Positions 13,602 through 25,600 of a DNA stretch of 64,000 nucleotides are shown here, piece by piece (position 1 is the first letter of the stretch; each line of letters begins with the position of its first letter). The DNA comes from Psilocybe cubensis. Taxonomy: Eukaryota. The stretch lies in the NCBI GenBank assembly GCA_017499595.2, contig CM039009.1, positions 620,001-684,000 on the forward strand, read 5' to 3'. The translations under genes were made by a program, and so were the position numbers. The notes under the pieces were generated by a model that searched no databases, was not told the origin of the DNA, and saw nothing but the letters and a program-made list of their open reading frames with translations.

Positions 13602-15759
13602 ATGCCTTGTCCTACCCCTCATACACAGGTCGCCATTGACCAATCTCAGTTCTGGGACGAAAATGGGATACATTGGAACTATCACAGAATAGGGTGGACG
13701 ATTGCTGGTGGTTGTGCTGCGCTTGTGAGTATACATCCCTAGTTCGCGTGTTTATTGACATCTGCCATCATGAAACCCTCACTCACTACAATTAATCGTT
13801 ATTTAGACGACAATCATCTCCTCTGTGTCGATCCTCCAACATTGCAGGTGAGACTGGCATGCACGACATAGGATCGACGTGAAATGAATGATAAAAAATA
13901 TTGATTGTAGGAACTATACCAAGCCGACACAACAGCGGCAGATGTGAGTGTTGTCAGCGCGCATTGGAGCCGCATTACCTGCAGGCTTACACGTTTCATC
14001 AACAGCCTGCGAATTTTGTATATGCCTGTAATCTACGCCATTATCTCATTCTGTTCCTATCGGTTTTATCAAGATTATACCTATTATTCATTCATTCAAA
14101 TCGGTGAGTTCAGCTTTCAAAATTTAGATGTAGTTCCTAACATTCGGAAATAGCGTATGAAGTATGGATCGATTTTTGTGTGCGTTGATATAGGACATCT
14201 AACATGATATCAGGCCGTCACTTTAAGTGCTTTTCTGTAAGTGGCAGAGTATCTACATTATGATGGAGATTCTAAATGATAGAATGACAGGCTTTTAATC
14301 ATTGAATACGTGGCGTCTACGGCGACGGGTCACTCTGCAGAACGAGCTTTAGAACGGAAAGACAAACAACCTTTGCCCATGCCCGTCTGTCTTCCATCTC
14401 TCCTATCTTCCATCTGATCCCTGACATTATGCTTGGACAGTTTTGTTGTTGGAGATATCGCCCCACCAAGGTCTTAATGTTTCATTTTCAATCACAGATG
14501 TGTTTATTTATTGATCCTTGATTTAGGCTTATTTTATGTATACTGTCAAGGTAAATTGATACCCAAGCATCGCGTTGACCGGCGCTAACTCTGTTGCAGT
14601 GGTCTGTATTACAATATGTAATTGTCCGGCCAGGTAAAAAATATGTCAGTTTTTACATTTTGCCGTGAATTTGACCTTGCCACACTTCAATTATAGCCGC
14701 ATCGATCGCTGGTATTATTTGTGAAAAGTATGATGTACTTTGCGAGGCAGACGGATATTCTATCCATTACGCAGCTGTATATATCGAAGCTATCAATTTT
14801 GTGAGCATCAGGTACATACGTTTTCCTTAGATGGACTCATCTTCTCTTCACTCACGTCACATCCACATACCTCAGTGTGGCCTTGTACGGTCTTCTAATG
14901 TTTTATGGTCTGGTCCACGATGAGCTGGAAGGGAAGCGCCCACTCGCCAAGTTCTTGGCCATCAAATTAATTGTAATGTTTACTTTCTATCAAAGCTTTG
15001 TGGTGAGTCATCATACCTGATGCCTCAAAATAATTTGATATATCTCTGCAAAAGATCAAAGCGCTTCATGGCCACATTCACGGTAAGCGTCTATCTGTCA
15101 CTTGATACACCGCTTTTTAATTTTTAAGATATCGAATAGCTACCGTTTATTGGACGACGACAAACATTGCAAATGGTTTAAACGCACTAGCCATATGCAT
15201 CGAGGTATGATCAACAGTACCGGGGTACTTTCATCGCTTCATATCATGTTGCTTTACAGATGGTATTCTTTGCAATCCTGATGTGGTGGGCGTATAGCGT
15301 GAACGAATATAGGCGCAAGGCAGGGACCCCGGCAACAAGTATCTGGCGTCCACTTTGGGATTCGTAAGAGATCCTTTTTTATTTATCGTTCGTCCTTACT
15401 AAAGGTTTCCTCGCAGGATCAACCTCTGTTTGTCTCATCATTCTTCCCCTCACTGTTATTGATTTGACTAACATTATCTCCTGGAATTCACAGCCGATTT
15501 TGCGATGGAAATCTTTGGCTCGTTCCGATTTTTCCTAAATTACATCCGTGGAAAGCGTGAAGTCCACGGTCGTGGGCATCAAGTTCCGACATACACCGGT
15601 CAACCTGCGAGATTGAACTTCGAGCAAGCCTTTGGAGTTTCATCGTCCACAAATTTGACTTCCCCATCACAACCCATGTTTGAACGGGACGCGGCGGCCA
15701 TGGAGGCCGACAACATCATGCTGAAGCCTTACCCCTTCGCATCGCCAAATCGAACCTAA
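13602..15759 (+). CDS. TMEM184/OST-alpha (DUF300) family membrane transporter
   Basis: Spliced exons: HRIGWTIAGGCA, LQHCRNYTKPTQQRQ, LRILYMPVIYAIISF, LYGLLMFYGLVHDELEGKRPLAKFLAIKLIVMFTFYQSFV and ANGLNALAICIEMVFFA. Confidence 0.88.
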
Positions 15760-15862
15760 ATTATATTTCTGGAACAGTATTTGTAGTATACCCTGCTGTA
15801 GCGTTACTCGTGGTCGTGTCGTGTGGTTTCGTAAGTTCGTTACTCGTATCATTAACCAGGCA

Positions 15863-17491
15863 TTAGAGATGCCAGAAAATAGGCAGGCTGGCGATGGCGA
15901 TTAGGAGCGAGCTCGCTAACGTCGGCCTTGGAATGCCTTTCGTCGGTCGGGCACTTGAAGGGGTCGCTACGACCGTAGTACCATTTGTCATTGTGGAATT
16001 TGTGTTGTTTACGGTACTACTAATCGTGATGGGACGCAAGTACATGTAAAAGGGTATCATGGCAATCACCCAGGATTGACATTTAAAAATTTCAAGAGCT
16101 GCGAGAGAGGTGATACTCACGCCAATCCATTCAACATATTTGCGGCTTGTAGACCTTGACCCACGTTTACCCAGTCAAGTAGGAGGAACTGAGGGTTTCG
16201 GTTGGCACCGCTGAGAGGTACGCAGTTGGCAACATTAGCTAGGATTCTATGGAATATTCTGGCTCAATCACCCTTCCTTAATTTATAGATATACTTGTAC
16301 TCACGATGTCACCGAGTTCGTGGTGGGCGCGTCGATCGGGTCAGACACAATGACTCCATTACCAATTGGAAGAATATTTTTGTTGAGGGAGTGATTGATC
16401 ATATACGAGTGGTCCGCAGTCGCCAGTGGGCCTTGTATCCTGTCGACAGAACAGGGGAAAGATGCGTCTGTGACGCTAAATGGAGTTTCCCAAATCTGTG
16501 TGGGGATTTCCATGTTCAGCACACAAAATCCAGATAAAAATGCAAGTAAACTGATGCTACCATTTCAAATTCAGGAAGGATAAAATCAACAGCAGATGTG
16601 TCTGCGCCTGCATCAAGGAATACGATGACTCTCTTCCCACTGTCAATGAGCTGGCCGAGCGTGGGCCAATCTGAGTTTTTGACCGGGACAGAGGGGGGCA
16701 CATACGCCAACGGAGTTATGCCTAATGAAGCGCTTTTAGATTTACCTCATTCTATGTCGTTGACCGGCGCTTACCGGCGGTATCAAATGCAGGCTTCCAG
16801 ACTGTGCTGACGGACTGTGCCTCGGGGTTGGTGAACAACAATGTCAATACCTCGTTTGGATTCGCGTCCAAGAATGTTTTGACAGTCTTCAGGTAGTCGA
16901 CAACAGTGCCTCCGTCAAACAGAACCTAATATCCCCGGGGTCAATCATTGTACCAATTATCTGGGATCAACTTACACAACCTGATAGGAGTTCATGAGTG
17001 GGTTGTTTTTAATAAAACTCGCATTACGTGGACTCACTAGTATGGCAGAAATGTAACTGTCCGTCTTGCGAGTTGCTGCACAGTACCTGTGAGGTACACC
17101 TAATTTCGAGGAGAAGATGGCTTACACATGGGATTGGGCTTGAAGCAATCGAACACCTAGGCTCAGTTGTGTAGGTACATCAACCATCTGATCGCGAGAC
17201 ACTACAAAGTAATTTAGGATATCTATCCTTGCGCCGGCGAGATAAGCTTACTTACAATTCAAGGGATCGGTACTGAATGCAAAAGAATCGTGAGCACCTA
17301 TGAAGGTGACGTTTGAGTAGACACGATCACAAAGCTCTGCGTGTCCATTGCACACAGTTGCCCTAGATAATCATTCTAACTTGTCCATGGATAAATTGTG
17401 ATATCAAACTGTACCTGCGCGATGGGACGGTGTAAGCAAGAACAACATTAAGCGACGACACAAGAGCAAGAAACTTTGCTAGCTGAACCAT
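15863..17491 (-). CDS. Secreted PLC-like phosphodiesterase (PI-PLC X-like), probably GPI-anchored
   Basis: Signal peptide MVQLAKFLALVSSLNVVLA, then CNGHAELCDRVYSNVTFIGAHDS, LGVRLLQAQSH, WPTLGQLIDSGKRVIVFLD and NPQFLLLDWV. Ser/Thr stretch and hydrophobic C-terminus. Confidence 0.85.
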
Positions 17492-18333
17492 GGCTGTGGT
17501 TGTGCAACCAAGAGAGTGAATGAGGAGACAGTTGGCATTCTCAACGTGTTATATAAAGGGATTCCAATCCAGTAAACTTGGGCACATCCGCACAAGTTTA
17601 TTTTTGCTAGGCAATCAGATGCTGTCCACGTGTGCAACATAAGAAGAAGAAAATCAAATGGGATTCAAATAGAAGGCAAGTGAGCGCATGCTACCACTTT
17701 GGGAAGACGGAGGGCATACAGTACTATTTGTAAAACATCAATCCCTCACAGTAACTTCAAGATGGTCCCATTACCTCTAAACTGCTACTGAATCATTGAA
17801 AGTAGTACAAGGTCGCAATGCTCAATGAGGTCAGCCTAGGCACATTTTCACAGGCTGTAGACGCAACTGAGGGGAGAACGCCACTTGCTGTTATAATTAA
17901 TTATTGCTTGAGGAACTAATTTTATGAACTAATTGCATTATGAATGTCGAAATATCTGAAAGCCCCTCAGCATTAGTGGCCTTCAATTGAAATTTAAAAC
18001 TTGCAGATAGAGCAGTGGGCAAACATACTAGGTTGGTCGGGAGTGATCATGTAGAGGGCTTGCTCAAGCTTTGTAGCTTATTCATAACTATTGGCTCTCA
18101 ACTTCGCTTCTACTGGGTTATATAAAGCAAATCATCTCATCTCAATTAGCCTCAATCAAATATTGCGTTTGACGGCCATGAATTGCTCAGGCCCTATCAC
18201 CGTGATGTAAAGTAGTTTTCCCAAGGGGCCTCAGAAATTATATTCCGGAATATAATAGATGACCTACATATTTGCAGTTACATAGGTCTTACTTACTGGT
18301 GTGCCCCATACTTACCGACTGGCCTTGGACTGG

Positions 18334-19034
18334 GAGGGCATCTCGTTTACTGGGAGAAAAGTGCGCGGACTGTCCGGCGGACAGTCTGCCGGACAGTCTG
18401 CCAGACTCGGGGGTATTTAGAACTTGTTCGTGACAGAAAAGGTGACACTTGGGTGCCCGTGCTGCGCTCAGCGCCAGCACTTACTCATTGTTGCGCACGC
18501 TAGCCATGGACCCTTCCCAACACCTCATCAGCCCTCCTTCAAGTGGGAGGTGGAATTGATTTATAAGTCAACCTTTGTGTTGTTTTTTTAAAGTAAAATC
18601 ATGTTTTTGCAAGAAAGGACATCAAACACATGTGCTCTAAATGACCATTGTAGCCACTTGCTACATACTTATACCAGTTGCAAGTCCTGACTGTAAGGAA
18701 GGATTTGTGTACCGCCACTCTCGCTTGAATTAAGAGAATATAACTGTCTTAAAAGAAAATTATGTCTTATTGCTTTCTATATTATCTTGTCTGTCTGTCA
18801 ATAATACTGACATTGCCCAAAATTTAATAGTTAATGAACTTGTAATACATACACCTGTTTCTCTATAGAGACACTCATATCATCTTGGTGTGGAGGCACA
18901 ACTCCCTCCAAGTCCAGAATGATGAGCAAGGACCGGGTCACAGATGGTCACAAATACCCAAGAGCTCCCCAGAGTCCGCCGAACAGTCTGCCAGACTGTC
19001 CGGGAAAAGGCAATCTCGTAAACGAGATGCTCTG
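18334..19034. mobile_element. 701-bp non-autonomous hAT-like DNA transposon (MITE)
   Basis: 17-bp TIRs GAGGGCATCTCGTTTAC and (rc) CAGAGCATCTCGTTTAC (15/17 match). 8-bp TSD TGGACTGG at 18326-18333 and 19035-19042. Subterminal GGACAGTCTGCC-type repeats at both ends; no transposase ORF. Confidence 0.75.
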
Positions 19035-20055
19035 TGGACTGGCGAGGCTCGATAGTTGAAACCTATAAATAGCACCTTGCAATTGGCGCGGATCAATGAT
19101 GCCGAGTTCACAATGCGAAAATTCAATCGGAGCCGAAGTTAAAAAATCACGTTCTCCGGAAGTTCCCTATGGAAAGCCAGAAGAGTGAGGTGCCCAGACA
19201 CAAACCAAACATCGTCCGGCAGGTATGCCGAGTGATCGATAGGCAACACACAATCCCGCTACGCCTGAGTGACTTCCGACACCCTGCACCGAGTCCATTT
19301 TCAAAATAAGTATACTCCGTTACATACTTTAGGTATTACCTGCCATGGGTAGGTAATTTGGATACACACATAATTATTACATTAGTACACAATATGACGC
19401 AAAATTTTACTAGTTATTGGGATGGCAGATAATTGCGTCGAAGCCGACTTTTCGAGTTATTTTTTGCCCTCTATTATTTAGTTATGGCCTGTAAGAAAGG
19501 GTTTGTGACGTTAGTGACAAATGTGGCTCCGAAAGTAACAGCGGTTCCGTAGCGGCACACGGAAAATATTCAAAAATGAAGCTTAGAGGTCGAATAGGCA
19601 AATTAAATTACTCTGTATTTCTGTATTCGACACCGGTTCTCTAGCTACTACATAGCTGCATTTATACTGTAAAAATAAGGTGTTCAAAGGAAGTAGACAA
19701 AGAAAGAGATACAAGAGGGTTAAATGGTAAATACATGAAGGTGGAGTACAACTGTACAAGTCAGTTTTAAGGGGAATAAAATAAAGAAATAGAAATAAAA
19801 AATAAAGAAAATGAGCTAAAGGACTGCGTGTACTGGGTGGACGGAGCAAAAGTGAAGTCCACAGAAAAGAAAATTATAGATAAGATAAAAGGAAGTGTGG
19901 GAAACAGTCCGGATTGTCACACCCACCATTGGTTTTCGCTCACATCAAGGCTTTCATCCTCATCTCAAGGTTTCAACGAAGTCGAGCTTACACCACTCAC
20001 CATGCTCTCTCACCTGCCCAGCCACTGTTGACATATAACTCTCTATCTACCCATG

Positions 20056-20127
20056 GGTCATGTAGCTCAGTGGTAGAGCATTGGCATATATAGCCGGGAG
20101 TCACTGGTTCAATTCCAGTCCTGACCG
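20056..20127 (+). ncRNA. tRNA-like element in TRIM LTR 1 (anticodon loop ATATATA; probably not a translational tRNA)
   Basis: GGTCATG/CCTGACC acceptor (6/7 paired), GCTC-AGTGGTA-GAGC, TTGGC/GCCGG, ACTGG-TTCAATT-CCAGT. A box TAGCTCAGTGG, B box GGTTCAATTCC, TTTT run just downstream. Confidence 0.85.
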
Positions 20128-20311
20128 TATCTTTTCCGTCATCACCTGATTGAGTGATTCTAACATGGTAGCAGCAACCTGTTGGCTTGCATTTGCCTCT
20201 AACCGGGCTTGCAAGGGCGGAAACCCTATGGGAGTCTGGACTTCTTAGTCACTACAGGCTAGATATTGAGTTCAGGGGGTGTGTTGACATATAACTCTCT
20301 ATCTACCCATG

Positions 20312-20383
20312 GGTCATGTAGCTCAGTGGTAGAGCATTGGCATATATAGCCGGGAGTCACTGGTTCAATTCCAGTCCTGACCG
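20312..20383 (+). ncRNA. tRNA-like element in TRIM LTR 2
   Basis: Identical to 20056-20127. Confidence 0.85.
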
Positions 20384-20441
20384 TATCTTTTCCGTCATCA
20401 CCGAAAACATGAATAACGGCTTCGTATTCCAACACACCCCC

Positions 20442-20855
20442 TCAACGCATCGCCTTGCTAACCGCTTTCGGATCGACGAGACCAAGGCGAGCAACTCCTT
20501 CAAGAAACTTGACACGTTGAAGTGGTTTCGTGAGGATGTCAGCCGGATTCTCTTTGCCGGGAATATGTAAAATGTGAAAAGATTTTGCTTCTATGTGAGA
20601 CCGAATGAAATGATATCTGATGTCAATGTGCTTGGCTTTGGAGTGTGATGAGTCGTTCTCGCATAGAGATTTGGCGCCTTCATTGTCAGTGGCGACGACC
20701 AAGGGGTTTGGACATGTGATGTGAAGATATGAGAGCGACGACCCTAACCATAGGCCCTCCTGAACTGTTCGCGTTAACGCAATATACTCGGACTCCGTCG
20801 AACTCGTCGATATGCATGTCTGTGTCTTCGACGACCAACTTAAAGGACCACCCGC
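20442..20855 (-). pseudogene. Copia RNase H C-terminal fragment of copy 1, separated from RT by the Gypsy insertion
   Basis: GGPLSWSSKTQ…STESEY…TDNEGA…KHIDIRYHFIR…NPADILTK, matching the end of ORF 37289-39649. Confidence 0.92.
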
Positions 20856-22477
20856 TATCATACCCCAATCCTGATTGGAGATGAGATGTTCATTTTGGAT
20901 CTACACACGACGCCCTCAACCCAAGCAGTCATTCTTTCCATAAGTCATCCACACATCTTATCTTATCAACACTTGTCACATGGGAGCCACGTTATTCCGG
21001 ATCATGTCACTTCGTCAGATCATCAAGGCTATGCGACGGATCAGTCAACCATCAAACTGCATAGCTTTCAACACTGCCTTGCATAGCCGGACTGTCAACT
21101 CTATTTTTATCAATTCAATGGTCTTACTCAGCGTCAGGCTGCGGATTACTCATTCCAACTTAGTTTTGGTTTGTCTTACTCATCCTTTTGTGTTTATTTA
21201 TATCTTTTCTATTGTCTGTTGCGCTTTTATTGTCTTTGTCTTACCAATCTTCTATGCTTTCTGACTCATCCTTGCTTCTTTTATCTAATCTGTATTACCA
21301 TTCACCTTCGTCATACACTTCTTTCTTACTCATCCTATTCATTTCTTATCTGTCGTCGTGTCGATATTGACATGTCTTATTGTTCTTGCTTATTGTTACA
21401 CTTGCGTAGCCTCATTCTTGACACTTTGTACAGTATATGACTCGGTTTTCAGTAGCTTAGATTGGTATTTCGTTCACGTAGCTTTTAGTATAAAAGCTGT
21501 AGTAGAATTACACGAAATGACAGGAAAGTTACACCCAGTCCACACTTTCTTCAAAGCAAGTCAATTTTCATCCAAGTCAAGTCAATTTCAAGTCAATCCA
21601 CATCGATTCATTTCAATTCCAAGCTCAAGTTCAAGCCAAGCCCAAACCCAAGTCCAATTCAGTCATCAGTTCCACCCTCCGTCGAGACCAAGTTTACTTC
21701 CATTCATCCGAAGTCATCTCGCTTTCCATTAAGAGAGGATTTCATCCGAGACCAGTCATCCTCCTCATCCAACGCCTCTTCTTCTCAGCGTTGAATATCC
21801 AACTTCTATCCAGACCTCCAGTACTTCCCTACTTCCTCTCCTCCATTCAATCCGTCACCGCTCCTACTCTTTCTACACCTTCCAACCATCGCCGTTAGAA
21901 GTGTATTCAAGACATCCTTTCCCTCCGTCAACTCATCTGGAGCGATTTCATTCGAGACAGACTTAGTCTTTCATCCTCGATTCAGTCAATACTCCTATAG
22001 CTTCATTCCAAGCTTCAGAAAGATTGTCAATTTAAAGACACTTTCACCATTCTTCAAGATTCAGCCCGTTAACGACATTCCGACTCCTAGTCATCTTCTT
22101 ATCTCCCCTCGGAACATTCCCCACTCACTTCAGACAACCCCTCTAAGATTCACATTTATTGATTTCTCATACGCAATCTACGCATCTTCTTCACGCTTTC
22201 CATATACACCCGCCATCCAATTCCACGGTTCCATCCCATTTTCGGAAGGCTTATTTACTATCGTACCCAGACGACCCGGTTATCCTCTTCTTACTATTTC
22301 GCTTTCATTACCCTTCACAATCCACACCATCCTAATCTACTTAAATCCTAGGCAGCGTCCTCCCTTAAGAAACTTAGGAGAAGGTTTCGTCCTATCCAGT
22401 CTGGACCACTCTTTCCCTGGGGTTTGTGTTTGTTGGATTACATATAGTTTATAACCAATCACAAACTTCGATCTTCA
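20856..22477 (+). repeat. Gypsy 5' LTR (TA…CA)
   Basis: Direct repeat of 30702-32323 (offset 9846) with identical ORF-track translations. Candidate TATA box TATAAAAG at 21489. Confidence 0.95.
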
Positions 22478-22610
22478 TCTGGAGCCCACCGCGAGGGAGG
22501 GTTAATTAGGATTTTGTATTAGGAACACAGCAATCTACCACTTTATCACTTCCATTCCATCCATTTCGACTCTTTTTCTTTACAGGTTACTTCGCTTTGC
22601 TGGTCTATTC

Positions 22611-22643
22611 TCTAGGCAACTCTAGGCAACAATTCTAGGCAAC
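22611..22643 (+). repeat. Three copies of TCTAGGCAAC in the Gypsy leader
   Basis: TCTAGGCAAC TCTAGGCAAC AAT TCTAGGCAAC between the PBS and gag. Confidence 0.8.
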
Positions 22644-22672
22644 ACTTTCTGACTCTGTAACTGGTTTACGCT

Positions 22673-25600
22673 ATGACTGATTCTGGCAATCCGCTTCCAT
22701 CCTCTACTCCCACTATGGCTACTACCATCATCCAACGTACTCCTGTCGATATGCCTGTTCCTAAATCTAGTGCTGCTCCAAAATTCACTGGATCTTACGT
22801 CGACGTCAAGAACTTCTTGGATCACTGCGACCGCATTTTTGATCAGTACAATGTCACTCTCGACGATGACAAAGTACGATACATGGTTCAATGCTGCAAC
22901 CAAGAGAGCAGAGAAATCATTGAAGGTTTACCCAGCCACCATGCCAAGCAATGGGAACGACTCAAGACTGATATGCTCAAGATCTTTGATCATGCTAGGA
23001 CAACGCAGAAGTTCACGTTGAGTACTCTTCGTGCTTACGCTTTCCAACACTCCAATCTTTCTATGCGCTCTCTCGACGACTTCCGCGAGTATCAGAAGCA
23101 ATACATTCGCATCGCTGGTTGGCTTCTCAACAACAACAAGATATCCAAGACGGAATACAATCAATACTTCTGGCTAGGAATCAATGAATCCCTCCGACCT
23201 GCGCTCGAAAGCAAGATCATGGTCTTTAATCCTCATATCGATCTCTCCTCACCTTTTTCCATTGAAGACGTCACCAAGGCAGTTGAAATCATCTTTAAAC
23301 GAGACCGCTTTGACGTTGGAATCTTTGACAATCCTTCTGCACGCCCCTTCACGTCTCTTATTCCTCCAAAGGATTCGTATCCAGAGCGCTCATCAGTCTT
23401 TGACGAGATCAAGAAGTACTTACAGGAGATGTTTCCTAACATTGAGACACGCGATGCCCGTGAACGTCCATACAATCCCCCGGAAGAGACCAAGCGCATT
23501 TTTCAGGATCTAGACAAGGAAGAGAAGCAAGCGCACAAGGACGACGAAGTGGAGAACTTGATCAAGCAGATGTCGAAGCTCACCATCCATGATTCTTCGT
23601 ACGCCATTTATTATCTTCGCGCCATCAAGTTGGAACCCGCTCTTGCTAACATGCTCATTGCTCCGGCCATTATGAATCCAAGTGCACAGCCAGCTCAGCC
23701 AGTCCCAATCGCAAGTCAGTCAGCACCTCCAGCACCACGAGCACCACGTCAGTCCGCATCCGAGATCATCTGCTATGGTTGCCACCAACAAGGCCATGGA
23801 ATCAACAACTGCCCGACGCTCATTGATCTTACAAACCGCAAGCTCATCTCCAGAGACAGTAGCAATCGAGTTGTCTTCCCTGATGGATCCCGCATTATTC
23901 GCCAGAATGGAGAGTCAATCGCACAAGCAGTCCTTCGTCAACAACAGCCTCCTCCTCCTCCTCCTCCTCAAGTTGCTACCACAAGCATAGCCGTATCCGA
24001 AGCATATTATGGTCAGATGTTCAAGAACTACAGAGCCATGGTTGCAGAAGAAGAAGAGGACGACATTGGAACCTGGGATGGAGAAGACGAGTTTGAGTTT
24101 ACGCTGGCAGGTCCTGGTAATCGAATCCCAACTGAAAAGCGAACACGTGCTGCACGCAAACAGGTCATGGACGCTGTGGTACCTCCGGAACCCACGTATC
24201 TGAAAGGGAAGCGAGCGGAAATGAGTAAAGCTAAGGATTCTTCTCAGATCCCATCTATTCTTAAACGTCCGGCTAACTCTGGATTGCCGAACAACGTGCC
24301 TAGCTCCACTTCCATTCAACCTGTCCCAATCCCGTCAATTAATCAACCTTCTGCCGAAATGAATCCATCAATTCCTGTCAAACAAGCTCAACCCAATGTC
24401 CCGATTAGGGCAAATCCAACGGAACATCCCGGGACTGCCCAACGACACGAGGTTTTTGATCCGGCCGATGATGATCAAATCATGGAAGATGTCACTCCTA
24501 GTCTAGAACGAGGCAAATCAGTTACTAAGCCACGTGCAGCCCCTCAGAAACGTGTCTCTGATATATCCCAAACTGTCGACACTATGGCCATTCTCAGACG
24601 ATGCCTTAATCAACCCGTTAATGCGACGTTCGGCGAGTTACTTGGAGTTTCAAAGGACCTTAGGACCCTTCTTATCAACAGCATCAAAGGCAAGACCCTT
24701 ACTGTCGACGAATTCAAAGCTTCATTGGCAAACGGCAACTTAAAGCTTTCCGATAAGGAAGTTCTAGACATCATTCGCAGTGCCGAAAAGGACGTACCTG
24801 TTCAATACATGCACGAGACCAATTCAGTCGAATCCCTTCGCGCTCACGAGCCCCTTCTTCGAATCACATTAATGTGTAATGGTCACGAACTCAATGCCTT
24901 GATTGACAGTGGATCTACGCAGAACATTCTAAGTGAACAGGCTTGGAAGAAGATTGTCAAGTTGCCGATGGACAGCCGGAATACTATTGTTATGGTCGAT
25001 ATTCATGGCGGCAAATCCCACATGCTTGGATTCGTTGGAAATGTTCAACTTGATATTGGTACAGTCAGGACGCGTGCTCATTGCTATGTATCCGACAAAG
25101 TCCAGTTTGATATACTCTTGGGACGTCCATGGACCCGTGACAACTATGTGGACATTCTAGAACGACCCGAAGGGACCTTCATTGCCTTCTATGACGTCAA
25201 AGATCCTACACGTGAGCAGAAATTCCTTGTGACACCTGATACTCAGCACGACCGGCGTTACTTCACGGATACCATTTACGACAAGACCCCCCACACAATG
25301 TTAGCACACAACGACCTCTCCTTAGCTAATCCGGATGCCGAAGAAGGTGAAATTGAAGAAGATCTAGAACCCGGTGAATTATTGGACGACCTTTGCTATC
25401 CATCACCTACCCCTTCCATGATCGAGTTATCTATCCTTACTAGGCAACAATCTCTGAATCGGGACGAATCTGCTAACCCAAATGAGGACTTATCCACTTC
25501 ACAAGATGCACCCTCTTTCTCTGACTACAACTGCGAACATGACTCGACTCAGGACTCCTCTCACGGTCTCTACGCTTCCGATTATGACTCAATGTATCAA

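Noticed and set aside
18365..18415. Short palindromic repeats as a CRISPR-like array
   Set aside because: The context is eukaryotic, there are no spacers, and they are subterminal repeats of the MITE.
20056..20127. Calling the LTR cloverleafs genuine tRNA-Tyr(ATA) genes
   Set aside because: They have a non-canonical anticodon loop and an acceptor mismatch, and all three copies lie inside LTRs of a TSD-flanked element.
20886..21732. Hydrophobic ORFs inside the Gypsy LTRs (duplicated at 30732-31578)
   Set aside because: They overlap in several frames, have no motifs and are explained by T/C-rich composition.
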